Assembly: GCA_964035545.1 (NCBI GenBank)
Contig: OZ037767.1
Span: 16,672,581-16,736,580, forward strand
Reading direction: 5' to 3'
DNA: 64,000 nt
From: Bugula neritina
Lineage: Eukaryota > Animalia > Bryozoa
The notes under the pieces are model-generated. The model ran no database searches. It was not told the DNA's origin and saw nothing but the letters and a program-made list of their open reading frames with translations. Positions 13,006-26,298 of the stretch are shown piece after piece. Within the stretch, counting starts at the first letter, position 1. Every line of letters begins with the position of its first letter. A program made the translations under genes and the position numbers.

Positions 13006-16000
13006 TCTGAAGTATATACTCTAGTCTCTTGCAAACATTTTATTCATATAACTTATTAAATTTGCAATAAATGCATCGACAATCTGCATCAAGTTTATAG
13101 AATAGGAATTAAAGTTCTCTAGAACAACAAAAAATACATATTTATTGAAAATTTGATTTTTTTCTTGTTTATAGAAGTCAGACTATGCACTATTGTTCAT
13201 CAAATTCAACATCTTACAGAACTTCACATTATAGTTGAATAAGATGAACTGTTCTAGTACACTACTGATTTGGATTTTTAATATTTTGTAATTTAGCAAT
13301 GACATTAAAAACATTTAGAGAGCAAAATTAAATGCGAACAATTATAATTATTATATGAAAAAACCTAATAAAATATATGAATTATAATTTTTTATGGGGT
13401 ATAGCAACTAAATATAAATGAGAACATAGAACTTTGTATTTTGGAGCTATACTAATAAAAATATAGCATACATATAATATTTTAAGTTACATTTTTCTGT
13501 AAAAGTATAATAAATTACAAATTAGACAAATATACAAATATACAAAGATGAAATAATCTATTAAACAAATGTCCAACCCATTTACATGTTATATTTACAC
13601 TGTTATGTAAACTTATTGAATTGATTTCTTTTTTATATGAAAGCTTGAATTTATGTTAGGAGTTTTCTAACTTTACATTTACATGTAGTCATGTAGTTGA
13701 ACGATTCCAAATTTCAACATTTATTTCTTTACTGCATTCATGTTCTCTAACAGTACATTAGGTCAATCTTATGGTACACAGGATAGTTCTACTCAATAAC
13801 CAGTAAAATACTAACTGGCTATATGATATCTCATAGACTATATCCTAAACCCTTATAGGCTAATCGTGTCAATGTAATTATTTTAATTAATTCTAGCATT
13901 TAAAATAACTTTCTGTCAAATCTAAATAGTTAACACAACTTTTTTTATAATACCAAATTAATTTGTGTTTTTTTTCAATAAGAAACAACCTCTATAAAAA
14001 TCATTGAAATAAGTATATAACTTGCTTCTGGTAAAATTTAGGTGTCTACGTAGTTAAAGAATTGTTTATGTTGTTATGTTAAAAATATTGCTTGAAATTA
14101 TATTTTATTTCTATACCATAAATTATTTAAGATCTTTGTGATTCTGTTTTAAAATATTGTGTAATAGTAGACAGCCACAATAATTAATATAAAATTATTA
14201 TAGCATTAGTACAAGTATTAATGTAATTAGCTTACAGAGTATCAGAGTATATTATGTAATTACAGCTATTCAATTTATATTCCTATAAACTTTATTGAAG
14301 AAAACAGAAAAGCAGCGTTCAAAGACATCAGAGACACACAGAGGTGTTAACGGAATATCTTTGGTATTCTGTATTATAAATTTTCTCCTGTGGGTTTGCT
14401 TACTGCTGTACAGTGTATTTGAAGTATCAAACTTGTACAGAGAAGTTGATAGTCTTACAACTGCTACTAGAGAGAAACCGTCTGCTGCGATCTTGACACA
14501 AACTAAACAAGAAGTAGAAGAGAAACTCATAGTGAGGCTCACAGAAGAGATAAGAAACATAAGAAGAGAAAGTGAAAGAGAAAGAAAGAGTATAGAAGAA
14601 GAAAATAAAGAGTTGAAGGAAAAGTTGTTTTCACTAGAAACACAACATGATAACTTCAAGAGATTCTGGAAGGAGATGGTAGAGAAAGTATGTAATCATT
14701 AGTTTACTTATTCACATGGAACAAATGTAGCCAAGATCTTGTTAGTATATAATAGAATAATGTTCCTGTAGGTTGTCTCCCATGAGAATAAAAGTGAAGT
14801 GAGAGTAGAGAGACCAGAAGTAACTACAAGCTCTGTGTTTATTATGACTAACACCTCTACTGAGAGTGACAGTACTGACTCAGGGAGTGGCGAATCTCCA
14901 TTTCTGATTGGTGGAGAGGTGGGATATAGTTATTGTGTGATGCAGTAATGATAATTGTATATTTTACACACCTGAAATTGTCTTCACAAAGTAATCTATT
15001 CCATTGCTTTCAGGTGCTGTTTTATGAGAATAAAGAGAGAAATGAGTGGATAACTCCAGTCACTAATTCTGAACCAACTAGCACGGCAGAGCTGGGTAGT
15101 GGTGAAACTGAGTTGCATTTAACCAATGAAAGTGTTCCATACACACAAAGTTCAGTCATTAGAAACAGCTCTAAGACAGAAGAAGGGAACCCCACAGTTC
15201 TACTCCACACTTCATTTAAGAACTTGGAAAGTTCTTTAGGCTATGATGACACAGAGCTGCCTTTACCTGAGCAAATTGTTGAACTTCTAGGTAAATTATA
15301 TAATGTTTGTTTTGTAATATTGTGCAATAATGAAAATTAGCAAGTTTATGTTGCTTTACACAAGATTGGCATTATTTATTATTTTATTCTGTTTCATAGC
15401 TTGTAGACAAGGACCTAAAGGTGAAAAAGGAGTTAACGGAAAAAATGGACATCCAGGTATTGATGGTGTGACTGGAGAAAAAGGAGATCATGGACTTCCC
15501 GGTGTTGATGGCAGAATTGGCAGTAAAGGAGAACCTGGTAATAATGGTGAAGTTGGGGTGCCTGGAACAAAAGGTGAAAAGGGAATCCCTGGAAATCATG
15601 GAGAAAAAGGAGTTCAGGGTTTGAAAGGTGATAAAGGTTTGCCTGGAAGGAATGGACTTCCTGGTGTAGATGGCATAGCCGGTGATAAAGGAGAACCTGG
15701 TATTTCTGGCTTACCCGGCATACCAGGATCAAAGGGTGATAAAGGAATGCCTGGAGAAAATGGAAGAAATGGAGCACCTGGTAATACTGGTGCTAAAGGA
15801 GAGCCAGGTCAACCTGGAGCTCGGGGATACAAGGGAATGATTGGTCAGAAGGGATCAAAAGGAATACAAGGACAGACTGGAGTAAGAGGAGTGACTGGGT
15901 TGAAGGGAGATTCTGGTAGAGCTGGCAGTCCAGGAGTCAAAGGTAAGATTTTCTGTACGTCTAACAAAATATTCAACTACTCATGTTTATAGGAAAGTAA

Positions 16001-19000
16001 CCGTTGTTAAAATGTGTTTTATTGAAGGTGACAGAGGAATAAGAGGTCTAACTGGTGCTAAGGGAGTTCAGGGTGCCACTGGAAGAAAGGGAGACAGAGG
16101 GCTACCAGGTGCTACAGGAGCTTCTGGAAGTGTTGGTAGACCAGGTTTGAGAGGAATACCTGGAATTAATGGCATACCCGGTGCTAAAGGTGCAAAAGGT
16201 GCAAAAGGTGCTTCTGGTAATGTTGGTAGACCCGGTGCTACAGGTACTCCTGGTGTTAAAGGTGCAAGGGGAGTTCCTGGACTCAAAGGAGCATCAGGTA
16301 AATATCGCGGAATGGAGGTTACCATGAGATTAACTAAATAAGTTCCATGTTCAAAGTCATAATATTTTAGTAACACTTTAATGTGACATTAAAACACTCT
16401 TTTCTTTCCATATGTATAGCTATTGCATCATCAGAAGTTTTCATAAAGTCTGTTTATTGTAGGAGAGGGTTGTGCAGTTGAAAATATTATAGAAGTAATC
16501 TTTGGTGGTATGTATTAACTAGTCTTAGTGTACACATGACTGTGCTGGTCACAATCAATAGTTTAGAACCTAATGTGAAATTAGATTTGATTGGCTAGTA
16601 ATCTGTAATGACTTGAATCTTGTAAATGGTATATGCTGTGTAGAATGATCAGTTATTAAAGTTTTAGCTTTGAGCTTGCTGAGTTTTATAGGCCAGTTAT
16701 GATCATTTTGAATAATTTTACCTGTAAGTTTGACTTTATTGGCAATGATAAACAAAGTATATAATTATTGTATCTGTTCAATTTTATCCCAATTACTCAT
16801 ATTTTCTCGGATTCACCAATCTATATGTGTTTTTAAGGGAAAGTCTTTCAGGCTGGCTCAACTTATTATAGTTTACATAACACCCCCAGAAGAAACAGGC
16901 AAGATGCCAAAAACTTCTGCACACAGAAAGCAGGTGGGAAACTCGCACAGATACCAACTTCAAGTACAGAACACCAAAATTTGCTGAATAAGCTGAGATC
17001 TCTTCCTGGTGTGTACAAATCATAAAATTGTAGATTTTGCTAAGTTTAGCAACCAGTATATTCATATTCAGAATACAGAGTGCGCAGTATTGTTGGTGTA
17101 GCATTATTTTCATTTAGATTTTCTAATGCAATGAAATAAATTATTACGTAAATATTTTATAACAAAAGTGTAAATCTATATAGATCAAAACAGAAGTATA
17201 ATATATGTTAAGAGTATAAATTGAGGATTAACATTAACGGATATGCTGCAGCTAACTAATTAGTCTATACCTTTTTTTTTTTTTAAAATCCAATTTCCTT
17301 CAGCCTGGTTTCAGTTGCTTTGCATAATTCTACAATAATGTGTTTGTAAGGGTTTGTGTACGGAGTCATCTTGTTATTGAAAGGACAACTCTCCTGCTCT
17401 TTTTGTGTTATCGAAATGCGTAGTGTCCATCATCTATTCTGCCTACTAAGCTACTAACATACGCTATGGACAAGGGGAGGAGCCTAGAAATTAGAGCTGA
17501 CAGCTATAACGCTAGGATAGCCGGCAGTCAGACAATAGAGTAGTTATTGTTAGGTTATGTACGCTCTGTCTGAATTATGTAACGTATTTCTGTAGTTGAT
17601 GTACAGTTTTACTTGTGCATCCCGGCACTAAATAAACACATATTACCTGCTTTCAGTAAGATAGCTGAAAAGATTTTAAATAAGCAAATAGTAGATTTTC
17701 TAGAAAGCAAAAATTATTTAACTGATAAGCAGTACGGCTTTAGACGAAATAGAAACACAAATATTGCCTTAATTAATCTAACAAATAAGGTTTTAAATGC
17801 CATGAACAATGGTAATTCTGTAGCCGGAATTTTCCTCGATTTTAGTAAGGCCTTTGACACAATAAATCATGAAATCTTATTAGCTAAATTAAAAATGCTC
17901 CACTTTTCAAGTCACAGTGTGAAGCTAATTAAAAATTATCTGTCCAATCGACAACAGTCTACTATTATTAACAACACATATTCTGACTTTATTCATATCA
18001 CATGTGGAGTACCACAAGGATCCATACTTGGTCCCACACTATTCCTAATTTATATAAATGATCTTCCAGATGTAACTATGCATTTAGACCCTATATTATT
18101 TGCCGAGGATACGAACCTCTTCTTTGAATCAAAAAATCTATTAAACAATATGGACATCATAAACTGTGAATTAAAGAAAATTGAAACTTGGTGCAATAAA
18201 AATAAATTAACTGTAAACATGAGTAAAACAAACTATATGATAATCAAAACAGCGCAAAATAAACAAGATTTAAATGGCTTTGCCTTAGAAATGTTCAACA
18301 AAAAATTAGTGGAGGTAAAATCAACTACCTTCCTAGGTATTATAATAGATTCACATCTTTCTTGGCAACAACATTGCAGTAAACTTTGTCAAAACCTAAG
18401 GCCCTTAGTAGGCTTGATAAGTAAATGTTCCCATCACCTACCTAGAAAAATTCTAATACAAATATATAACTCTTTTGTAAATTCTAAGATAACATATTGC
18501 CTAGAATCGTGGGGTAATGCAGCAAACATTTATCTTGAACCATTACATTTACTACAAAAGAAAATACTGAGAATTATCTATAAAAAGCATCACCTTTCCC
18601 CATCTAAACCACTGTTTCTTAGTTCTTCAATCATGCCTATTCACACTCTACACCAATTCAAACTAATACTGCTCTCACATAAACTTTACTACTCTCAAAT
18701 TAACTAACACATCTCACACATAACTATCCCACAAGATTTTCAGAGTTCAGCCTACAAACTCCTCCATCATCAACTGCTGCAGGTCAACGAAGAGTGGAAT
18801 TCCAATGTTCGTCGCTATGGAATAAATTGCCTAGTTCTATTCGTGCTGTGGAGAGGGAGGCTGGTTTCAAATTTGCCCTGAGAGACCACCTAATGGCAAA
18901 TTTCCAGATAAAAAAATAAAACTCTTTGAGTTGCTAAAACTTCCAAAAACCTAAACAAAAATCTTATATAACTGTCAACCATTCATGGCTCGGCGCCTCG

Positions 19001-19718
19001 ACTAGCTACAGTGCTATTGCGCCATAGGCCCTGTCATTTTGTTTATTTTTTCTCAATTAATTTTTTTTCTCCAACTACGACAAAATAAAACAAACAAACA
19101 AACAAACATATAATCTACTTTAACTTGGCAGTGTTGCATTACTTTAAATACCCAAATAATTAGTGAATGCACAGTTTCACAACACATTGTTATACTGAGA
19201 GTTCGTTGCTAATTGCAGATTATCCTGATTATGTTTGGGTTGGAGCAAATAGAGTTTCTAACACAAGTTTTAGATGGGATGATGGTAGTTCTGTTCCTGA
19301 CTCTCTCTGGATTCTTGGACAACCAGATAATTGGAGTAAGGTTTTCTCTGTAACAAACACAGATTAGACAGTCTGAGAGTGAAGGAAGTTATCTTCTCAT
19401 GTTAATAATTATTACGTAATAATATAATAGTTATTAGTATATAATAGTCATAATTATACTGTATCAGATAAACCTGTCATATTTATATTATATAAAAACC
19501 CATCATAATGGCGTAAAGAACAGTAATTGCTATTAGTTTGGTAAGAAAAATCACTCAACTCGTTATTGCCAAATAACTAATGCTATATTAGTAAACTATT
19601 GTTTTTTGTTGCTTTAGGAGGCCAACAAGACTGTGTAGACTACTTGTTAGATTATGGAGAACTCAATGATATTCAGTGTGATATACAGCTGCCTTTTCTC
19701 TGTCAAATATCAAGTTAA
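12997..19718 (+). CDS. Copy 3: complete type II transmembrane collagen / C-type lectin receptor
   Basis: Exons 12997-12999 (ATG), 14301-14687, 14772-14918, 15014-15290, 15400-15942, 16028-16297, 16463-16507, 16838-17008, 19219-19335, 19618-19718. Frame is continuous. CTLD has QPD...LND, and the conserved W before helix 1 is replaced by R (NRQDAKNFC). Confidence 0.9.
17341..19184 (+). mobile_element. Probable solo LTR (17341-17639 plus 19108-19184) interrupted by the LINE
   Basis: Absent from the equivalent intron of copies 1 and 2; TGTT...AACA termini; internal AATAAA; degenerate 5-bp flanks taatg/cattg. Confidence 0.45.
17640..19107 (+). mobile_element. 5'-truncated non-LTR retrotransposon (CR1/L2-group-like RT) in a CTLD intron of copy 3
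   Basis: ORF with ILPAFSKI, QYGFR, FLDFSKAFDT, GVPQGSILGP, LFAED (catalytic DD altered) and FLG; 3' UTR ends in AATAAA plus (CAAA)n. Confidence 0.9.
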
Positions 19719-21271
19719 GAACTGAGTCTACACATCAACCAATCAGAGTTTAGCTGCTTTCCATATTAGAGACACCAGTGTCCAGTGACATGCTTAGAAC
19801 AGAGCGATTATTGCACGTCACTCTAAAAAATATTATTATAGCTACTATATCATACTGTAATATGATGTTAGAATACTATATCATACTGTAATATGATGTT
19901 AGAATACTATATCATACTGTACAAAGATTCCTATATAATACATATATACTTGGCAAATACACAATATATATACCTACACTGAATGAAATAGACTGTGTTG
20001 TTTATAATATTTTACTTCAATGAGATGCTTTAGTTTGTTTTTATAATAATTATTATATATAGTTATAATTATTGAATACAATAACATATAAGTAAATAAA
20101 ATTATAAAAAAATACTAAATTTGCAGTATTATATTATCTGTAAGTTGCCAAATCAATGAAAAAGTTCTTCTATTAAAAGGGAAATTAAAATGTTCTATTT
20201 TATCAACTGTGTATAAATACTTTGAAATAATGAACGAAACAAAAACATTGTAATGCTACAATTATTTAATCATCATTATATTACATGTATTATATTATTA
20301 TCTTTATCAATGAGAAAGTAGTACTATATAAGTTCTATATTAAATACTAATGTCTGCTTTTTGAGTTACTGTTATATAATCACATCTCAACTTATCTGAC
20401 AGCTGCATATGGTGGAAATATGAAAGAGAGCACCTGCTTCCCCTGTCATTCTGATATATTCCCATTTACTACAATGACTCATCGTTATATCAGCCAATCA
20501 TATAAGTTTATCATAGATTGTTATTAAACTCCCAAAGTAGCTGTCAGTTTGAGATTCCCAAGTATATAATACAGTGTAATTATTATAACACTGAAATTTA
20601 TAAGTTGTAATCACTTAATAGCTTTGAATGGGAACGGTTATCAATAGTACAGAATCCTGATTTACTGGTCAGTTCAGTTGTTTGCACAGAGATTTTAACT
20701 TTTTTCGTGAAAAGCTGAGAAAATATCAAAATGGAGCAATTAATGCTCTCCTTTCCTTTACCCCATTGTCATGGATACTGTTTCCTGGTGAAACCTTCAG
20801 TTATAGCTAAGAGTCATATAAAGCGGATAGAGGTGGCAGGTTGAGGGTGGAAGGGGGGTGATCGGTGGTGGTAGGGGGTAAAGCAGAGTAGCAGGGATGG
20901 AAGGGTAGGTAGGGACTAAGTGGCTACCAAGATAGAAATATGCAGAAATATAAATGATGTTTATCCACAAACTAAATCTTATCCTTAGTCATGATCCAAA
21001 TAAATACAGTACTTTAACTTGTTTGCATTAGTCAGGTTCTGAGGTTAGTAGAAAAGAACAGTTTATTATATTATGACGTAAATTAATGGCGGAAAATTGG
21101 AAATAAAATTTAAATTTCAAGTATAGCATATGATCAAAAGAATGCTACATTACAAATGATTATATTATTGTATTAGTATTGTTTATAGCTGTATATGTAA
21201 CTGTTCCAAACAATTATAATAATACTATATAGTCTGTTAGTTCTACCGTATTGAGCTTTATTTAAATATTA

Positions 21272-21548
21272 AGCCTAGGGCCACACGGTGCGTATTTTCG
21301 CATGCGAAAATTGAAACCACAAGTAGCAAAGGCGTCCACTGTAGCGTCAGTGATGCGTGATAAATAAAGCTTTCATTTTTAAATTGCACTCGCTTTCAAT
21401 AAAACGCAATTTACTGGAATTTAGCACTAAAATAAAGAAATTGGGCTCGCTTAATAACTACCAGCCAATTAGGTGACGACGACAGAGACGATTCGCACTT
21501 GCGTTGAAAATGCAGAGCGACAAGTGCGAACGTTTTCCCAATTGAGTA
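21272..21548. mobile_element. One-ended DNA transposon/MITE-like fragment replacing the promoter and exon 1 of copy 4
   Basis: CpG-rich segment starting ttaagcctagggccacacgg. Homology to the paralogous upstream region (about 25560) stops at its left edge and resumes at the exon 2 acceptor. Confidence 0.5.
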
Positions 21549-21570
21549 ATTCATATGAACTTTGTTGAAG

Positions 21571-24189
21571 GAAACAGAAAAGAAGAGTTCAAGGACATCA
21601 GAGACACACAGAGGTGTTCACGGAATATCTTTGGTATTCTGTATTATAAATCTTCTCCTGTGGTTTTCCTTACTGCTCTACGGTGTATTTGAAGTATCAA
21701 ACTTGTACAGAGAAGTTGATAGTCTTACAGCTGCTACTAGAGAGAAACCATCTGCTGCGACCTTGACACAAACTAAGCAGGAAGTAGAAGAGAAACTCAT
21801 AGTGAGGCTAACAGAAAAGATAAGAAACATACACAGAGAAAGTGAAAGGGAAAGAAGGAGTTTAGAGAAAAAAGTTGAAGTGTTGGAAGAAAAGTTGCTT
21901 TTAGTTGACAACCAGTATGATAACTTTAAGAAATTTTGGAAGCAGATGGTAGAAAAGGTGACTTTTATAAAATATGCTGCTTATACACAGAGATTTACTA
22001 AATTCAGAGGGTTAATAACTATAACAAAAGATGCATATATAATCATATTTTACTTAATTGAAGTCGCCATCACAAAGTAATCTATTCTGTAATTGTTTAT
22101 AACAGGTGCTGTTTTACGAGAATAAAGAAGGAAATGAGGGGATATTTCCAGCCAAAGCATCTGACCCCACTACATCTGAGCCCACAAGTACACCAGAGAG
22201 GGGTAGTTCAGCCAATAGAAACAGCTCTGAAACAGAAGAAAGGAACCCCACAGTTCTACTCCACACTTCCTTTAAGAACTTGGAAAGATTTTTGGGCTAT
22301 GATGACACAGAGCTGCCTTTACCTGAGCAGATTGTTGAACTTCTGGGTAAATTATATAATATTTATTGTGCAATATTTATTATGTAATAACTTACTTTAA
22401 TGTCAAATGAGTATGTTCTTGTTGTTTTGTTCAAGACTCATAAAAACTGTTTTTTATTCTGTTTCATAGCTTGTAGACAAGGACCAAAAGGTGAAAAAGG
22501 GGTTACTGGAAAAGATGGACATCCAGGTATTGACGGTGCAAATGGGCAGAAAGGAGAGCCTGGCCTTATGGGAGAGAAAGGAATGTCAGGAGAGAAAGGA
22601 GAAAGTGGAATCCCTGGTGTTGATGGCAGAATTGGTAGTAAAGGAGAACCTGGTAATAATGGAGAAGTTGGTGTGCCTGGAGCAAAGGGTGAAAAGGGAA
22701 TCTCTGGAAATCATGGAGAAAAAGGAGCTTCAGGTAGAAACGGAACCAATGGAGAAAAAGGTTTGCCTGGAGAGAAAGGGCTTCCTGGTGTAGAAGGTAT
22801 AGCTGGTGAAAAAGGAGAACCTGGTATTTCTGGCTCAGCAGGCGCACCAGGATCAAAGGGTGATAGAGGAATACCTGGAGAAAATGGAAGAAATGGAGCA
22901 CCAGGTAACACTGGTGCCAAAGGAGATCCAGGTCAGCCTGGAGCTCAGGGAGACAAAGGAATGATTGGTCCAAAGGGATCAAAAGGAATACAAGGACAAA
23001 CTGGAGTAAGAGGAGTGACTGGCTTGAAGGGAGATCCTGGTAGAGCTGGTAGTCCAGGAGTTAAAAGTGCAAAAGGTAATGAATTTTTTACATGTCCAGT
23101 GTTGGTGGTTGCTGTAGAGCTCTAGAATTTATGTTAATTATTTTAGCTAGACTACGTACATTATAGCTTATATTCAGTAATAAGTTATATTACACTATGT
23201 AGAACAGATGATATTACATAGCAGAACATATAATTATAGCATTAGTAAGTGACTTAAAATGTAACCTAATTTTAAAGAGTCTCTGATAGCGCTTTACATT
23301 TTCACAACATCAGGTTATCAACATAAAACTGAGCTACTACCTAAATACAACTCCAGGGCAGTATGCTTAAGGAACCTTGTTTTATAATAATTTAAAAGGA
23401 AGCAACGGTTTGCCTGGAGAAAATGGACATCCGGGTGTAGATGGCATAGCTGGTGGTAAAGGAGAACCTGGTATTACTGGCTCAGCAGGCGCACCAGGAT
23501 CAAAGGGCAATAAAGGAATACCTGGAGAAAATGGAAGAAATGGAGCACCTGGTAACAATGGTGCTAAAGGAGAGCCAGGTCAGCCTGGAGCTCCAGGAGA
23601 CAAGGGAATGATTGGTCAGAAGGAATCAAAAGGAATACAAGGACAGACTGGAGTAAGAGGGGTGACTGGTTTAAAAGGAGATTCTGGTAGAGCTGGTAGT
23701 CCAGGAGTCAGAGGTGCAAAAGGTGATTGATTACATTTGATAGTAATCATGTGCTTTGCTTTTAATTATACTTTTATTTACTTTAGTGTTATCTATACAG
23801 CATATTGTTTAACTTCATATGATGTATTACATAATATATAATAATCCTTTAATAGTATGCATACTATCAAAGTTGTATTTAGCCAAGATGCGTGTGAATA
23901 ATTTGATACTGCATAAATTTGAGTGTCAAACTATAACCAATATGGATAACTTAAAAAGTAATTGAAAAACAAATGTATTATTTCGTACCACTCACAGACT
24001 TTTCAATCGCTGATGTTTATAGGAAAGTAGTCTTTATCAAAATACATGCATATTTCTGCAGGTGACAAAGGAGTAAGAGGTCTAACTGGTGCTAGAGGAG
24101 CTCAAGGTGCCACTGGAAGGAAGGGAGACAAAGGAGCAGTTGGAAGTAGCGGAGGAGACAGAAGGAGAGGAGATAGAAGGAGAGGATAA
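21571..24189 (+). pseudogene. Copy 4: lectin-less transmembrane collagen with RGD tail; own promoter and ATG exon missing
   Basis: Exons 21571-21957, 22106-22346, 22470-23075, 23399-23722, 24062-24189 are open and in phase, ending GSSGGDRRRGDRRRG*. There is no TATA/ATG exon upstream (replaced by a foreign fragment at about 21272-21548). Two Gly substitutions interrupt the helix (GVKSAKG, GQKESKG). Confidence 0.65.
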
Positions 24190-26222
24190 AGTATTCCCCA
24201 CCCTCATTACTACGTGGTCTAATTTGGCTGTTTTCATTAGAAATTTTAAACTAATACACTTGGTATTAGTTATATGATGTAACAGACCACAATTATATAG
24301 TGACAACTCACACACAGTCATTGAGCGAAATAGATATACGTTATTACATACAAAACTGATTGAACTATGTTAATACCACTTACATATTATTAAAGTTCTT
24401 TGCAAACTTAGCCATGTTACCTATATATTTGGGTGGATCTGTAATTCCAATACTCAAAGATTATCAATATATTATTTTCTCTGATGAGTTCCTTTTTTAA
24501 ACAATGAAATAGCAAATCACTTGGGAGTGTTTTTCAAATTATTCGAAAATACTGAGCTGTGATTCGCTAAAAATTATGCAATGGTTTCGCTTGATTTTTA
24601 ATGTTTTGAGTTTTAGCGACCTATAGGGTTATATATTGATACATTTTCCATTCCGTTGCAACTAAATATAGTCTATATTGCATGGTCTGTAGATGCAACT
24701 GAGTGTTTTATGAGCATACCATATGTTTATATAATACTTCATATCACAAAACTTCTTGTTATTGAATTAGAAAAAAAATGTTATTTTTCTGCAAGCTATA
24801 GAAATTGGTTATAATCTTCTTATTGACTTCACCACATGTTTAGTGCTGAGTAATTGCTGACGGTTGTTTGGTGTCAGAATTGAGACTGTTTCATTGATTA
24901 CTGCAGTGACTTTATGCAATAAATATACTTACCACTGTAAAACATGTCTATGTCTATTGTAATCAAAGCTATAGTTATATATATTCTACATTAGGTGACA
25001 CTATTGTGTAGAGGAATTCAGTATGTGTTGAATATAATTGAGAATGAGTCATATAAACATCAGTTCACGCATAATAATATTGAAAAATAACTGCCCCCCC
25101 CTCACCTAGGATTCGAACCCCAGATCTCCAGGTTGCAAGTAGGTTTCTGAATCATGAGAAGGAATTGAGGTAGCAGCGGGAGGTAGAGGGTTTGGGGTTA
25201 AGACAAGGTGGTAGGGTGGAGTGAGTATAAGCTATGACAAAATATAAATAATGTTGACACAAACTGAATCTTATCCTTAGCCATGACCCAAATAAATACA
25301 GTGTAACTAATTTGTTTGTATTAGCCAGGTTTTGAGGCTAGTAGATCAAAGAAATTTATTAGATTATTTCATAAACAGAGAATTACTAGAAAAATAGCAT
25401 TTATACATTTCAGTTGGTAAAATCAGAAAAATGCTACACGGACTGTAAATGATGATATTATCGTATTAGTATTGTCTATATAGCTGTAAATATGTAATTG
25501 TTTCAAATAATTATAATAATACTATGTAGTCTATTAGTTCTATTATATTGAGCTTTATTTAAATATTTAGTTAAAGTTGTGTTGCTTGTATGAGAAACTT
25601 TACATTTCTATTTATATACTGTACGTGCTAATATGGAAAGTATATATTATATATTATAACAACAATAAATATATTTTATTATTCAAAACTGATAATATTA
25701 TCTTAATATTATTACATTATTAAAGTTCCCAGAAAACTTAGCCATGTTATCTACATATCTGTGTTATAGATCTGTAATTCCAATACTCAAAGGTTATCAA
25801 TATGTTATTTTCTCTTACGATTTTTTTTTCAAAATAACAGAATGTCACATTAACTGGGATTGTATTTAAAAATGTAGATAGATTGACTGAACTTTGATTG
25901 GCTAGAAGTTCTAAACTTTTTACAATGACTCTCACTAAAATAACAAGCGGATTGAGTGTTAGAGATTGACTAATTAGGGGGTATAGCATTGATGTAATTA
26001 TAATAAAATAACTATATTTTTTTACCAGTTATAAAACACATCATTATAAAACTTTTTACTATAGCTGTACTACTATTTACATTTAGCAAAAACATGGAGT
26101 CGATGTATTTTGCAATATGGACATAGTTTTTAGAACAAAATAAAGTAGTATCTCGCTTCCCCTTTTCAATCCATGTGTTGATACTATATAGTGTTGTATT
26201 GTTTTAGTTCAACATATAAACA

Positions 26223-26298
26223 TATAAAACAGATGACTCAGTTACATCTAACAGTTACTCTCACTTTCATCAGAGTGTACAACTTGAACATGGTAAGT
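26223..26298 (+). promoter_or_regulatory. TATA promoter and ATG-only first exon of copy 5
   Basis: TATAAAA at 26223 and ATG|gtaagt at 26290. Confidence 0.75.

Noticed and set aside
17613-18707. Active or domesticated reverse transcriptase
   Set aside because: 5'-truncated with no ATG start or endonuclease domain, catalytic motif FAED, and the frame ends before the normal C-terminus.
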